DNA of 51,900 nucleotides from Acutalibacteraceae bacterium (GTDB lineage Bacteria; Bacillota; Clostridia; Oscillospirales; Acutalibacteraceae), in contig JAZRJH010000179.1 of the NCBI GenBank assembly GCA_045645685.1, positions 1-51,900 of the forward strand, given 5' to 3'. A model generated the notes under the pieces. It ran no database searches, was not told the origin of the DNA, and saw nothing but the letters and a program-made list of their open reading frames with translations. The translations under genes and the position numbers were made by a program. This document shows positions 18,889 to 27,965 of the stretch, one piece after another. Within the stretch, counting starts at the first letter, position 1; each line of letters begins with the position of its first letter.

Positions 18889-20433
18889 GTGATAAGAGTG
18901 ATTGAATCAGGAACTGTTATTTTAGAGAAATATAAAATAATCAAAAAAATCGGTCAGGGCGGGATGTCGGTTGTATATCTCGCTGAGGATATAAATCTCG
19001 GGAAAAAATGGACAATCAAAGAAATAAAAAAGAACGGCAAGTCGATTGAAGATAAGGTCAATCTTAAAAGTTTGATTGACGAGGCCAATCTTATTAAGAA
19101 ACTGGACCATCCGTTTATTCCGAGAATAGTTGATATTATTGATAAAGGAAACACCGTTTTTATTGTCAGAGATTATATTGACGGTGAACCGATGGACAGA
19201 ATTATCAAAAATTTTGGTTTGCAACCTGAAAAATCAGTTATTGAATGGGCTAAAATTATTTGTGATATTTTCTTGTATTTACACGGAAGAAATCCGAAAG
19301 TTATTTACAGAGATATGAAACCTGCAAATATTATGCTGGTTTCCGACGGATCTTTGAGACTCATTGATTTTGGAATTGCCCACGAGGGTGTGTTTGTTAA
19401 TAATACCTGTGTGGGAACAAAAGGATTTGCTCCGCCTGAGCAATTCAAGAAGGAGAAAATCACTGATGAAAGATCGGATGTTTATTCTCTCGGAATGACT
19501 TTATATCAAATGATGACCAACATAAACCCCGGCGGAGTCGGATTTGACAAAAACCTTCTTGCTTCAGATATAAATCCGAAATGTTCGCAGGAATTTGCAA
19601 AAATAATTGATAAGTGCATACAGGATAACCCTGAGGACAGATATCAGAACTGTTCGGAATTGCTTTATGCATTAAATCAAATTACAGATGAAAGCAAAAA
19701 AGGAAATAAAAAGTTTTCACTTGTTAAAATCTTGCCTTATATTTCGGTTGCATTGGGCAGTGTATTTTTGAGCCTGGCGTTAATAGGTCAGTCTATTTTG
19801 CCGTTTCCGGAAAGTTGGTTTTCAAATCCGATAATAAATGTTAAAAATATTTGCCTTATTCTGGCGGTTATATTCTATGCCTTGTTTGGTGAATTCAGAT
19901 ATCTTTCTGTCAAAAAAACCAAGTCGCGTTCCGCCAAAGCCTCTATAAAAGGAAATGCAAACCAATATGTTGTTCCGACTGTTTCGGAAGGCAGTTTGTT
20001 TGATGCTATTCAGAATCCAGAGATTTATAATACACAAAACAATATAAAATCTGACAATTCAGGCAACAAAAATAATACATCGTCAACCGACGACGACGAC
20101 TTTGAAACGGGCGGCACACAGCTTCTGGGCTATGCACCCGAAGTAACCGAAGAAGACGACGACTTTGAAACGGGCGGCACACAGCTTCTCGGCTATGCAC
20201 CCGAAGTAACCGAAGAAGACGACGACTTCGAAACGGGCGGCACACAGCTTCTTCAAACGGAGAAAGCAGAGAAAATTCTTGTCGGAAAGATGGACGGACC
20301 TCTCGAACCTGTCAGAAAATCTGAACCGAAAGCGGATTCAACTGTAAAGGTGCAAACGAATTCTGCAAGTAAGTCATTATTTAAAATTATCAAGAGTGAA
20401 ATTCATCTTGCTTCAGATGAGATTGTCATATAA
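18889..20433 (+). CDS. Hanks-type Ser/Thr kinase with two TM helices and repeat-bearing C-terminal tail
   Basis: IGQGGMSVV, IKE, YRDMKPANIM, DFG, GTKGFAPPE, DVYSLG; two hydrophobic segments. Confidence 0.95.
   Translation: MIRVIESGTVILEKYKIIKKIGQGGMSVVYLAEDINLGKKWTIKEIKKNGKSIEDKVNLKSLIDEANLIKKLDHPFIPRIVDIIDKGNTVFIVRDYIDGEPMDRIIKNFGLQPEKSVIEWAKIICDIFLYLHGRNPKVIYRDMKPANIMLVSDGSLRLIDFGIAHEGVFVNNTCVGTKGFAPPEQFKKEKITDERSDVYSLGMTLYQMMTNINPGGVGFDKNLLASDINPKCSQEFAKIIDKCIQDNPEDRYQNCSELLYALNQITDESKKGNKKFSLVKILPYISVALGSVFLSLALIGQSILPFPESWFSNPIINVKNICLILAVIFYALFGEFRYLSVKKTKSRSAKASIKGNANQYVVPTVSEGSLFDAIQNPEIYNTQNNIKSDNSGNKNNTSSTDDDDFETGGTQLLGYAPEVTEEDDDFETGGTQLLGYAPEVTEEDDDFETGGTQLLQTEKAEKILVGKMDGPLEPVRKSEPKADSTVKVQTNSASKSLFKIIKSEIHLASDEIVI
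20085..20252 (+). repeat. 63-bp in-frame tandem repeat (about 2.7 units) encoding DDDFETGGTQLLGYAPEVTEE
   Basis: TT[T/C]GAAACGGGCGGCACACAGCTTCT at 20101, 20164 and 20227. Confidence 0.95.
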
Positions 20434-20439
20434 ATAAAG

Positions 20440-20712
20440 GTGATATATATGTTTAACAAATCCAAGAATCTTAAACCTGTTCCCAAGATTGAGACGATGG
20501 TTGCAGAGAAAGAAGAATCAGAACAGGACAGAAACAGCGTATTGTCAGACTGGAATATTCCTGCTGACGGCTTTACCAACCAAGGATTTGCCCAAGAGCA
20601 ATCAGGAAATACAGGTTCAACTAAAAAAGGTTACAAAATATGTGCGAAGTGCTTATCTGTTGTACCGGCAACAGATATAAAATGCGCATCGTGCGGTTTC
20701 ATAAAAAAGTAA
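20440..20712 (+). CDS. Small protein with C-terminal Zn ribbon
   Basis: CAKC-x10-CASC at the C-terminus; sits in operon context. Confidence 0.75.
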   Translation: MIYMFNKSKNLKPVPKIETMVAEKEESEQDRNSVLSDWNIPADGFTNQGFAQEQSGNTGSTKKGYKICAKCLSVVPATDIKCASCGFIKK

Positions 20713-20757
20713 CAGTGTTCTGAATTTCAGACAAACAAAAGGAAGGAATGATGCCAA

Positions 20758-21030
20758 ATGAAAAAGATCACAAACGCAATCAATGATTTTGCATTAAAGC
20801 TCTATGTAAAGGCAATGTCAATCAAGAACGAAACAGCAGAAGCACTTTCAAACACAAACGGTGACGCTTATATCGACACAGTTGTTAAGATTCTTATTGC
20901 TGTTGTTGTTGGTGCACTTATCCTTTGGGCTCTCTACGCAATCATGGGCGACGAAAACAGCGGTGTAATGGGTACACTTGCAGACAAGATCGAAGAACTC
21001 TTTGATCAGGTTGACACAAACGGTAGATAA
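20758..21030 (+). CDS. Flp-like major pilin (DUF6133-like)
   Basis: Leader ending in G followed by DAYIDTVVKILIAVVVGALILWALY hydrophobic helix; first gene of the Tad cluster; strong RBS. Confidence 0.85.
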   Translation: MKKITNAINDFALKLYVKAMSIKNETAEALSNTNGDAYIDTVVKILIAVVVGALILWALYAIMGDENSGVMGTLADKIEELFDQVDTNGR

Positions 21031-21057
21031 GCGCTATAGAGTGAAAAAATTCCGATA

Positions 21058-21088
21058 CATCCTGTGTGGCCGGTTATCACACAGGATG
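21058..21088 (+). promoter_or_regulatory. Hairpin after the pilin gene (probable mRNA stabiliser or partial terminator)
   Basis: CATCCTGTGTG...CACACAGGATG 11-bp inverted repeat. Confidence 0.6.
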
Positions 21089-21103
21089 GAATGGAGTTAA
21101 ATA

Positions 21104-21676
21104 ATGAAAATTTTTGTTTTTACATTATTAATCATATGTGGCGTAATTGCAGGATTTGCCTCATATAAGAAGTTTTCTATAAAAAGATATCAGATAATTA
21201 TTTATCCGTTGATATCAGCAATAGTTTCGACTTTTTATTATTATAGATTCGGACTGTCAGCTGAATTGGTAACGGGCGGCATTCTTGTTGCGATATTTTT
21301 GTTTTTCTCAACAGGTGATATTAAAACAAGAAAAGTCAGCGATGTTATGCATATTCTGATATTTGCGGCGGGGTTTGTTTTTGTAACTAAAGAAACTCTG
21401 CTGTCTATGATTACGGGAGCTTTTGTTCTCGGGATCATTCCGCTTGTGGCGGCAGTTGTCAAACCGGGAACCTTCGGTGGTGCTGATATTAAATTTCTTG
21501 CAGCTGCAGGATGGTTTTTCGGAATCAAAAACGGTGTGACCGTTATGGTTATGGGTCTGTTGGCTTCCATAATCGGCACATTAATTATCTCAGTTGTCAA
21601 AAAAGAAAAAGTAAAAAGGATTCCGATGATTCCTTATTTTTGTTTTGCGGCAACAATTATTTATTCAACTTTATAA
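21104..21676 (+). CDS. cpaA: Prepilin peptidase, A24 family (TadV/CpaA-like)
   Basis: Polytopic membrane protein; D in GDIKTRKV, FGGADIK catalytic motif, IPMIPYF. Confidence 0.92.
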   Translation: MKIFVFTLLIICGVIAGFASYKKFSIKRYQIIIYPLISAIVSTFYYYRFGLSAELVTGGILVAIFLFFSTGDIKTRKVSDVMHILIFAAGFVFVTKETLLSMITGAFVLGIIPLVAAVVKPGTFGGADIKFLAAAGWFFGIKNGVTVMVMGLLASIIGTLIISVVKKEKVKRIPMIPYFCFAATIIYSTL

Positions 21677-21698
21677 GTTTAAAGGAGCGGATATTAAA

Positions 21699-22511
21699 AT
21701 GAAAAACAGAACCGTATTGGGTATTATTTGTATTGCACTTGCACTTGTATTGTGCTTCGGTGTAGGTCCCCTTATTAACAATCTTACAGATGGAACAGTA
21801 GAAGTTGTCCGAGTTAAGGAAGGCGTTACAATCGCTTCAGGTTCCGAAATCACAATGGATCATATCGAAGCTTACAAAGCAAAGAAATCCCTTGTTTCAA
21901 ACGGTGTTTATTATACATATGATGTTTTTATGAATAAGTATTTCGAATCATCAAGCGAAGATTATGTTGGTGTGCCTTATGCCGATTGTGAAATGGTTGC
22001 GGGTGAATATATTTCTCAGCACAAGGTTTCAATAAACGGTGCAAGTTCAGGCGCTATTTTTGATGGCCTTTACGGAAGCAACCTTGCAATGAGTATCTCT
22101 CTCGATTCATTTGCCGATGGTCTTTCCGGTAAGCTTGAAAACGGAGATATCGTAAGTGTTATTGTTTTCTCGAATGAAAACGGCGAAAGAACTTCATTTA
22201 TTCCTGAAGGTCTTGAATATGTAAAGGTTATCACAACCACAACAGACAGCGGTATTGACCGTGGTGATATTGCCAAAAACGAAGACGGAAGCATGGCAGA
22301 AAGTGTTTCTACAGCAACTCTTCTTCTTGACGAAGAACAGGCACAAACTCTCCACAAGTATGCAAACATTGGCAGTATAACACTTGCACTCAGATGCAAG
22401 GGAACAAGTCCCGGTGCAGAAAGCCTTCTTGAAAGAAATTATGGCGAACCTGAAACAGCTCAGCCTGCACCCGAAGCAGCACCTGAAACAACTGTTGCAG
22501 CAGCACAGTAA
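21699..22511 (+). CDS. cpaB: Flp pilus assembly protein CpaB/RcpC
   Basis: N-terminal TM, SAF-like segment, GLSGKLENGDIVSVI, LEYVKVI, TATLLL; ATG 21699 after AAGGAG. Confidence 0.88.
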   Translation: MKNRTVLGIICIALALVLCFGVGPLINNLTDGTVEVVRVKEGVTIASGSEITMDHIEAYKAKKSLVSNGVYYTYDVFMNKYFESSSEDYVGVPYADCEMVAGEYISQHKVSINGASSGAIFDGLYGSNLAMSISLDSFADGLSGKLENGDIVSVIVFSNENGERTSFIPEGLEYVKVITTTTDSGIDRGDIAKNEDGSMAESVSTATLLLDEEQAQTLHKYANIGSITLALRCKGTSPGAESLLERNYGEPETAQPAPEAAPETTVAAAQ

Positions 22512-22525
22512 ACGGAGGACTTGAT

Positions 22526-23278
22526 ATGTCAAAACTTATTACAGTATGGGGATCACCCGATTCGGGAAAAACAACCCTTGCAGTAAAACTTGCGAAGGAA
22601 ATTTATAACAACAATTCCTCGGCAAAGGTTATTTGTGTTTTCCCTGACCTTTCAACACCGACACTTCCTGTTATTTTTCCCAACAAGAAACCCAATGAGT
22701 TTTATTCAATGGGTAAGCTTCTTAATATGGCTGAGTTTACAACCGGTGATGTTCTTTCACATTTTGTTCTTGCCAAGGGTATAAAAAACGTTGTATTTAT
22801 GGGATATACACTCGGCGAAAATAAATACACCTATGCAGATTATACGGTTGATAAGGCAACAACGTTTCTCAGCATGTGTCAGTATCTCGGCGATTATGTT
22901 ATTGTTGATTGCTCGAGCACTCTTGAAGATAAAATAAGCAATATTGCTATGCAGAATGCGGATTATTGCTTCAGAGTTGCTTCACCCTCATTAAAAAGCA
23001 TCAGTTTCCTTGCTTCTAATGTCAAAATGTATACCGATGAAAAATACGGTTTTGACAGACATATTCCTATTCTTAATGTAACAGAGCAGGATGTGTTCAT
23101 GCCTGTTGATGATGCGGCAAATTGCCTTGGAAACATAAAACATACACTTTCATTCTGCCTTGATCTTAAGAAACAATATTATAACGGAGAGCTTCTTGAT
23201 ACCTTGAATAACAAGAAATATCAGGAAGAAATGAAGAAAATTTGCGGTGAGGTATTGAACGTTGAGCAAGAAGATTGA
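22526..23278 (+). CDS. TadZ/CpaE-like ParA/MinD-family ATPase
   Basis: VWGSPDSGKTT P-loop, DYVIVDC; lies between cpaB and cpaF. Confidence 0.88.
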   Translation: MSKLITVWGSPDSGKTTLAVKLAKEIYNNNSSAKVICVFPDLSTPTLPVIFPNKKPNEFYSMGKLLNMAEFTTGDVLSHFVLAKGIKNVVFMGYTLGENKYTYADYTVDKATTFLSMCQYLGDYVIVDCSSTLEDKISNIAMQNADYCFRVASPSLKSISFLASNVKMYTDEKYGFDRHIPILNVTEQDVFMPVDDAANCLGNIKHTLSFCLDLKKQYYNGELLDTLNNKKYQEEMKKICGEVLNVEQED

Positions 23279-24557
23279 TTTTTGGGATTTACTCAACGAT
23301 GTTCAGGGATATATTTCAAAGAATTTCTCGGCATCTCTTAATGACAATGAATCCGAAGAACAGATAAAAGCCTATATAAACAAGTATTTATACGACTTCC
23401 CTTGTGAAGTTGAGGGACACTCATCAGAAACAATAATTGATGATCTTTACTGCGAGATGGCTGAATACTCAGTTCTCACAAAGTATCTTGAGTCTCCGGA
23501 TCTTGAAGAAATCAACGTCAATGCATGGGATGATATTGCCATAACATATGTAGATGGTAGTATACATAAGAGTGTTGAACATTTTCATTCTCCTCAGCAT
23601 GCCGTAGATATTCTTAAAAGATTGCTTCATAATTCAGGTATGGTTATTGATAATGCGACGCCTATGGCTCAGGGTCACTTACCCAACAATACCCGTATCA
23701 CCGTTCTTAAAGCTCCTATCGTTGACGAAATAAACGGTATAAGTGCATCTATTCGTTTGCTTCATCCGCAGAGAGTTACTCTTGATAAGCTCATGACAAC
23801 GGATTTTGCAACAGAAAAAATGCTCAAGTTCCTTTGTATGTGCATGAGATACGGCGTATCTCTTGTTATTGCGGGTGCAACAAGTACAGGTAAAACAACC
23901 CTTCTTAACTGTTTGCTAACAACAATTCCTGATAACAAGCGTGTATATACAATCGAAAGTGGTGCCAGAGAACTCGGTCTTGTCAGAAGAGATGAGAACG
24001 GCGTTATAAAAAACAATGTTGTCCATACATTATCAAGACCCAGCGAAAATCCGAACTATGATATCAGCCAGGAAAAGCTGGTTGTTGCATCTCTTCGTTT
24101 TAATCCCGACATTATCTGTGTTGGTGAAATGCGAGACGTTGAGTGTTATTCAGCAGTTGAAGCCAGTCTTACGGGACACACTGTTGTAAGCAGTGTTCAC
24201 GCCAGCGGTTGCGAAGGTACGCATATGCGTATAGCGCTTCTTTGTCAGAAAAAGTTCCCTATCGATTTTAACACTTCGCTCATTCAGGCTGCACAGGCCT
24301 TTCCTATTGTTGTTTTCACACACAGACTTGAAAACAATGACAGAAAGGTTATGGAAATTGCAGAAGCAGAAGTTCTTCCGAATGGTGAAAGAAGATATCG
24401 TACATTGTTTAACTATAATATCACCAACAACATTCTTACTAAAGATGGTTATCAGGTTGAGGGTCATTTTGACCAGCCTGAAATCATGTCCAACAGTCTT
24501 AAAAAGAAGTTGTTGCAGTACGGTGTTCCTCAGACATTACTCAGACAGTTTTTATAA
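23262..24557 (+). CDS. cpaF: Tad pilus assembly ATPase CpaF/TadA
   Basis: EEINVN, GATSTGKTT Walker A, TIE..REL, LRFNPDIICVGEMR, TGH...SVHA. Confidence 0.95.
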   Translation: MSKKIDFWDLLNDVQGYISKNFSASLNDNESEEQIKAYINKYLYDFPCEVEGHSSETIIDDLYCEMAEYSVLTKYLESPDLEEINVNAWDDIAITYVDGSIHKSVEHFHSPQHAVDILKRLLHNSGMVIDNATPMAQGHLPNNTRITVLKAPIVDEINGISASIRLLHPQRVTLDKLMTTDFATEKMLKFLCMCMRYGVSLVIAGATSTGKTTLLNCLLTTIPDNKRVYTIESGARELGLVRRDENGVIKNNVVHTLSRPSENPNYDISQEKLVVASLRFNPDIICVGEMRDVECYSAVEASLTGHTVVSSVHASGCEGTHMRIALLCQKKFPIDFNTSLIQAAQAFPIVVFTHRLENNDRKVMEIAEAEVLPNGERRYRTLFNYNITNNILTKDGYQVEGHFDQPEIMSNSLKKKLLQYGVPQTLLRQFL

Positions 24558-24595
24558 AATATGATATTCATTTATTGAAAAGGAGGAGAGAAACA

Positions 24596-25525
24596 GTGAC
24601 AACCATGATTTCTTTCTTATCCGCCATGATTTTTGTTGTGGGTATAATTATTGTCTTTGAGCTCACTCCCGAAAGCATGACAAAGGACATTATTGTTCTG
24701 CTCGAATATGAGGAGTCACTTTCCGTCAAGGCGGGCGAAGCAAGAGGTGATTCATCCCACAGAAAACTCACAAAGGAAATTAACGCTATAAGACGTGCCC
24801 TTCAGATAATGGGAAAAGAGAGACAATTCGCTCTTATTTGTACAGCTGCACTGGCTCTTTTTGTAAGCGGTATGATTATTGCATTGTTGATTGACAACTG
24901 GTTTCTTGCACCTGTATTAAGCGTATCGTTCACATTCATTCCCGTTATGTATGTTAAATCGTCAATGAATCATTTTGAGAAAATGATGAACGAAGAACTT
25001 GAAACCGCGCTTTCTATCATCACTACTTCTTATGTGCGAAATGATGATATTGTTGCAGCGGTACGTGAAAATATAGGTTATATCAGACCGCCTGTAAAAA
25101 ACATGATGATTTCATTCATCAATCAGGCGAGCGTTATCAGTGCTAACACAAAATCGGCAATATACGATTTGAAAGAAGCATCAACCAACTATATTTTCAG
25201 AGAATGGTGTGATGCACTTATATCATGTCAGGATGACAGAACACAGAAGACCACTCTTTTGCCTATTGTTGCAAAGTTTACGGAAGTAAGACAGGTTAAT
25301 CAGGAACTTGAGACACTTGTTTACAGCCCCAGATCAGAATATCTCACAATGGTACTTCTTGTTGTTCTGAACTATCCTTTGATTTATGCACTCAACAAAG
25401 AATGGTTTATGGTGCTTATTGATTCCCTTCCGGGAAAGATTGTAACAGCAGTTATTGCTCTTGTGGTAGTTGTTACGGCAGCACTGATGTTCAAGTATAC
25501 CAAACCTATCGAATATAAGAAATAA
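24596..25525 (+). CDS. tadB: TadB-like pilus platform membrane protein
   Basis: T2SSF-like layout (ELETALSIIT), TM pairs at both ends, follows cpaF; GTG start after AGGAGG. Confidence 0.85.
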   Translation: MTTMISFLSAMIFVVGIIIVFELTPESMTKDIIVLLEYEESLSVKAGEARGDSSHRKLTKEINAIRRALQIMGKERQFALICTAALALFVSGMIIALLIDNWFLAPVLSVSFTFIPVMYVKSSMNHFEKMMNEELETALSIITTSYVRNDDIVAAVRENIGYIRPPVKNMMISFINQASVISANTKSAIYDLKEASTNYIFREWCDALISCQDDRTQKTTLLPIVAKFTEVRQVNQELETLVYSPRSEYLTMVLLVVLNYPLIYALNKEWFMVLIDSLPGKIVTAVIALVVVVTAALMFKYTKPIEYKK

Positions 25526-25538
25526 CGGAAGTGATTAA

Positions 25539-26414
25539 ATGACACTGACTAATATATTGCTTGGCGGTCTTGTGGGCATCGGCGTTTATATGATTCTTGC
25601 GGATGTTTTCGGAATTGCTTCAATGAAAACATCAAAAGCCATGAGAAACATGGCAAAGCAGAGCAGTGAAGTTTCGTCGATAGAACTCTGGATGATGGGT
25701 GTTTCAGATAATCTTTCGAAATATATAAAAGTTAATGAATTCAAAAGATTACAGATGGAAAGAGACCTCAAATCGGCCAGCGATAACAGAACCCCCGAAA
25801 AATTCATTGCGGATGCAGTTGTAAAATCTGCACCGATTTTTCTGCTTGCAATACCGGCAATTTTTATGATGCCGATTCTTATGGTTTTAGTTGTTTTTCT
25901 CGGAATTGCAATTCTTATGAAAGAGCTTACATCCATACAGGAAAAAATCAAAATAAGAAGAGAGCAGATTGAATATGAGTTACCGCATTTTATTTCAACA
26001 ATAGAAAAAACATTGAAATATAACAGAGACGTTCTTTCAATAATGGAAAACTATCGTGAGAACGCTTCTGAAGTAATGCGCGAAGAACTCGATATCACCA
26101 TAGCAGACATGAAAACAGGTAACTATGAATCTGCGCTCACAAGATTTGAAAGCAGAATAGGTTCATCTATGGTATCGGATACCGTCAGAGGTCTTATAAG
26201 TGTTATCCGAGGCGATGATACAGACTTCTATTGGGCAGCTCTCTCCATTAAGTTTTCCGATATTCAGAGACAGAATCTTAAAAATAAAGCTGTAAAGATT
26301 CCCGGAAAGATCAACAAACTTTCAATGGTTCTTTTGTTCTGCTTTATTATGATTTATTTTGTTGTTTTCGGCTCAACAATGGTGGGCGAAATGGGTCTTC
26401 TTTTCAGCCTGTAA
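25539..26414 (+). CDS. tadC: TadC-like pilus platform membrane protein
   Basis: IEYELPHF, ADMKTGNYESALTRFESRIG, C-terminal TM; follows tadB. Confidence 0.85.
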   Translation: MTLTNILLGGLVGIGVYMILADVFGIASMKTSKAMRNMAKQSSEVSSIELWMMGVSDNLSKYIKVNEFKRLQMERDLKSASDNRTPEKFIADAVVKSAPIFLLAIPAIFMMPILMVLVVFLGIAILMKELTSIQEKIKIRREQIEYELPHFISTIEKTLKYNRDVLSIMENYRENASEVMREELDITIADMKTGNYESALTRFESRIGSSMVSDTVRGLISVIRGDDTDFYWAALSIKFSDIQRQNLKNKAVKIPGKINKLSMVLLFCFIMIYFVVFGSTMVGEMGLLFSL

Positions 26415-26430
26415 AATACGGAGGGATATA

Positions 26431-26868
26431 ATGAAAAACAGAATAATTTTAGCCCTCAGAAATAAAAAAGGCGAATCATATATTGATATTGTAATTCTTA
26501 TTTTTGTTTCCATGATGGCAATAGTTCTTGCTCTTAATGTGTTTTCATATCTGACACTCAGGCAGGATATTGACTACATTGCTGCGGAAATGGCAGAGGT
26601 TTGTGCAATCGAAGGCCTTACAAAGAGTTCAAAAATTGACAGCTCATTTAACGAACTTTGCGCAACAGCAGGTGTGGATGCAGATTATACAATAACCGCG
26701 AAAAAATACTATAATCATTCAAAGAATGAGGTTCAGCTCGGGGACCCGATAACCGTTACGGTTACTTGCAAAACAACATTCAGCGGTCTCGGCGCGTTGG
26801 GCGATAGTATTGAAATAACGGCAAAAGTTTCAAAAACAGGACTTTCAAGAGTTTATTTCAAGGATTGA
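26431..26868 (+). CDS. TadE-like minor pilin (DUF4320-like)
   Basis: LRNKKG/ESYIDIVILIF prepilin-type N-terminus; VQLGDPITVTV; ATG 26431 after GGAGGG. Confidence 0.82.
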   Translation: MKNRIILALRNKKGESYIDIVILIFVSMMAIVLALNVFSYLTLRQDIDYIAAEMAEVCAIEGLTKSSKIDSSFNELCATAGVDADYTITAKKYYNHSKNEVQLGDPITVTVTCKTTFSGLGALGDSIEITAKVSKTGLSRVYFKD

Positions 26869-26890
26869 TTTTCAGAAAGGCGGAGCCCTA

Positions 26891-27592
26891 ATGAATAATT
26901 TATTCAGCAGAGTAAAAGCTGTCTTAAAAGAGAAAAAAGGAATATCCACGGTTGAAACCGCTGTTATATTCCTTGTTATAATGATAGTTTTTGCTGTTGT
27001 GCTTGAATATGCGAGCATACAGACCATTCTGAAAACAACTCAGGATGATGCTCAACGCGTACTTGACAGTATGATAATTAAAAATGCATCCGAAATATTT
27101 TCTTCCATCAAAATCGGTACATCCGCAACAGATGAAGAACAGATTGACTATCTTGAATCGATAGGACTTGACGGAAAATATTATATGCAGGAACTGCAGA
27201 AAGAAATGGGTCTTCACAGTCAGGGCGGTAAATACTATCGTGGCGATTCAGACAATAGTATTTTTATCATTCCTACAGGAAGCGGAGATTTCAAGGTTGA
27301 ACAGCTTAGTGCAGAAAGACTGGAAATACGCATGGATTTCCGTGTGGGAAGAACGGTAAATATAATTGGAGATATCGGAATTTCATATTCTGTTCCGTTT
27401 TCAATTTCTTCGCATTACACAAAGAAGAATGCTGTGTCAACCGGTGAAGAACTTGTGACAGAGCCTGCAACAACACCCAAGAACTTGCTTGAACACAGAG
27501 GCGAAAATGTCCGTGAAGAAGTACCGACAACACAGAGAAAGAATCCGACGGTAACAACTCCCAAGGCACAAAACCCCGTCGTAGTTAATTAA
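26891..27592 (+). CDS. TadE/TadG-like minor pilin
   Basis: LKEKKG/ISTVETAVIF cleavage motif with Glu at +5 and hydrophobic helix. Confidence 0.8.
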   Translation: MNNLFSRVKAVLKEKKGISTVETAVIFLVIMIVFAVVLEYASIQTILKTTQDDAQRVLDSMIIKNASEIFSSIKIGTSATDEEQIDYLESIGLDGKYYMQELQKEMGLHSQGGKYYRGDSDNSIFIIPTGSGDFKVEQLSAERLEIRMDFRVGRTVNIIGDIGISYSVPFSISSHYTKKNAVSTGEELVTEPATTPKNLLEHRGENVREEVPTTQRKNPTVTTPKAQNPVVVN

Positions 27593-27603
27593 GGAGCGAT
27601 AAC

Positions 27604-27960
27604 ATGAAAAACAAAGCGCTCTTTATAATCGGAGCAGTAATGGTAGTGCTTGCGATTATATCGGTTGTATTTTATTTTACTCTGAAGCCTTCGGATGATC
27701 CGACGGCTTCGGAGATGTCTGATAACAGTTCGGTTCTTTATGAGATTTCAGAAAAAGAAAAAACCACCCGCGTTGTTCAAAAAGAAATAACTCATAAAAC
27801 GGTAACCTATAAATGGGAATCCGTGGTTGAACCGACTATAAGCGAAAATTATATGATTGTAACTGCTGCAGGCGGTAACGGAGAGTGGCAGGTCTTCGAA
27901 AACGAAGACAGTTACAAAAACGGTTATGAGCCCGAAGGCGGAGCGATTATTATTGAGTAA
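27604..27960 (+). CDS. Small membrane-anchored protein, Tad-associated
   Basis: N-terminal TM, RBS AAGGAG, operonic spacing. Confidence 0.75.
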   Translation: MKNKALFIIGAVMVVLAIISVVFYFTLKPSDDPTASEMSDNSSVLYEISEKEKTTRVVQKEITHKTVTYKWESVVEPTISENYMIVTAAGGNGEWQVFENEDSYKNGYEPEGGAIIIE

Positions 27961-27965
27961 GGAAG

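Noticed and set aside
20085-20252. 63-bp periodic repeat as a CRISPR repeat-spacer unit
   Set aside because: The would-be spacers are near-identical and the repeat is coding.
23262-24557. VirB11 of a conjugative T4SS
   Set aside because: The context is cpaB, tadB, tadC and Flp pilin, with no VirB4, VirD4 or relaxase.
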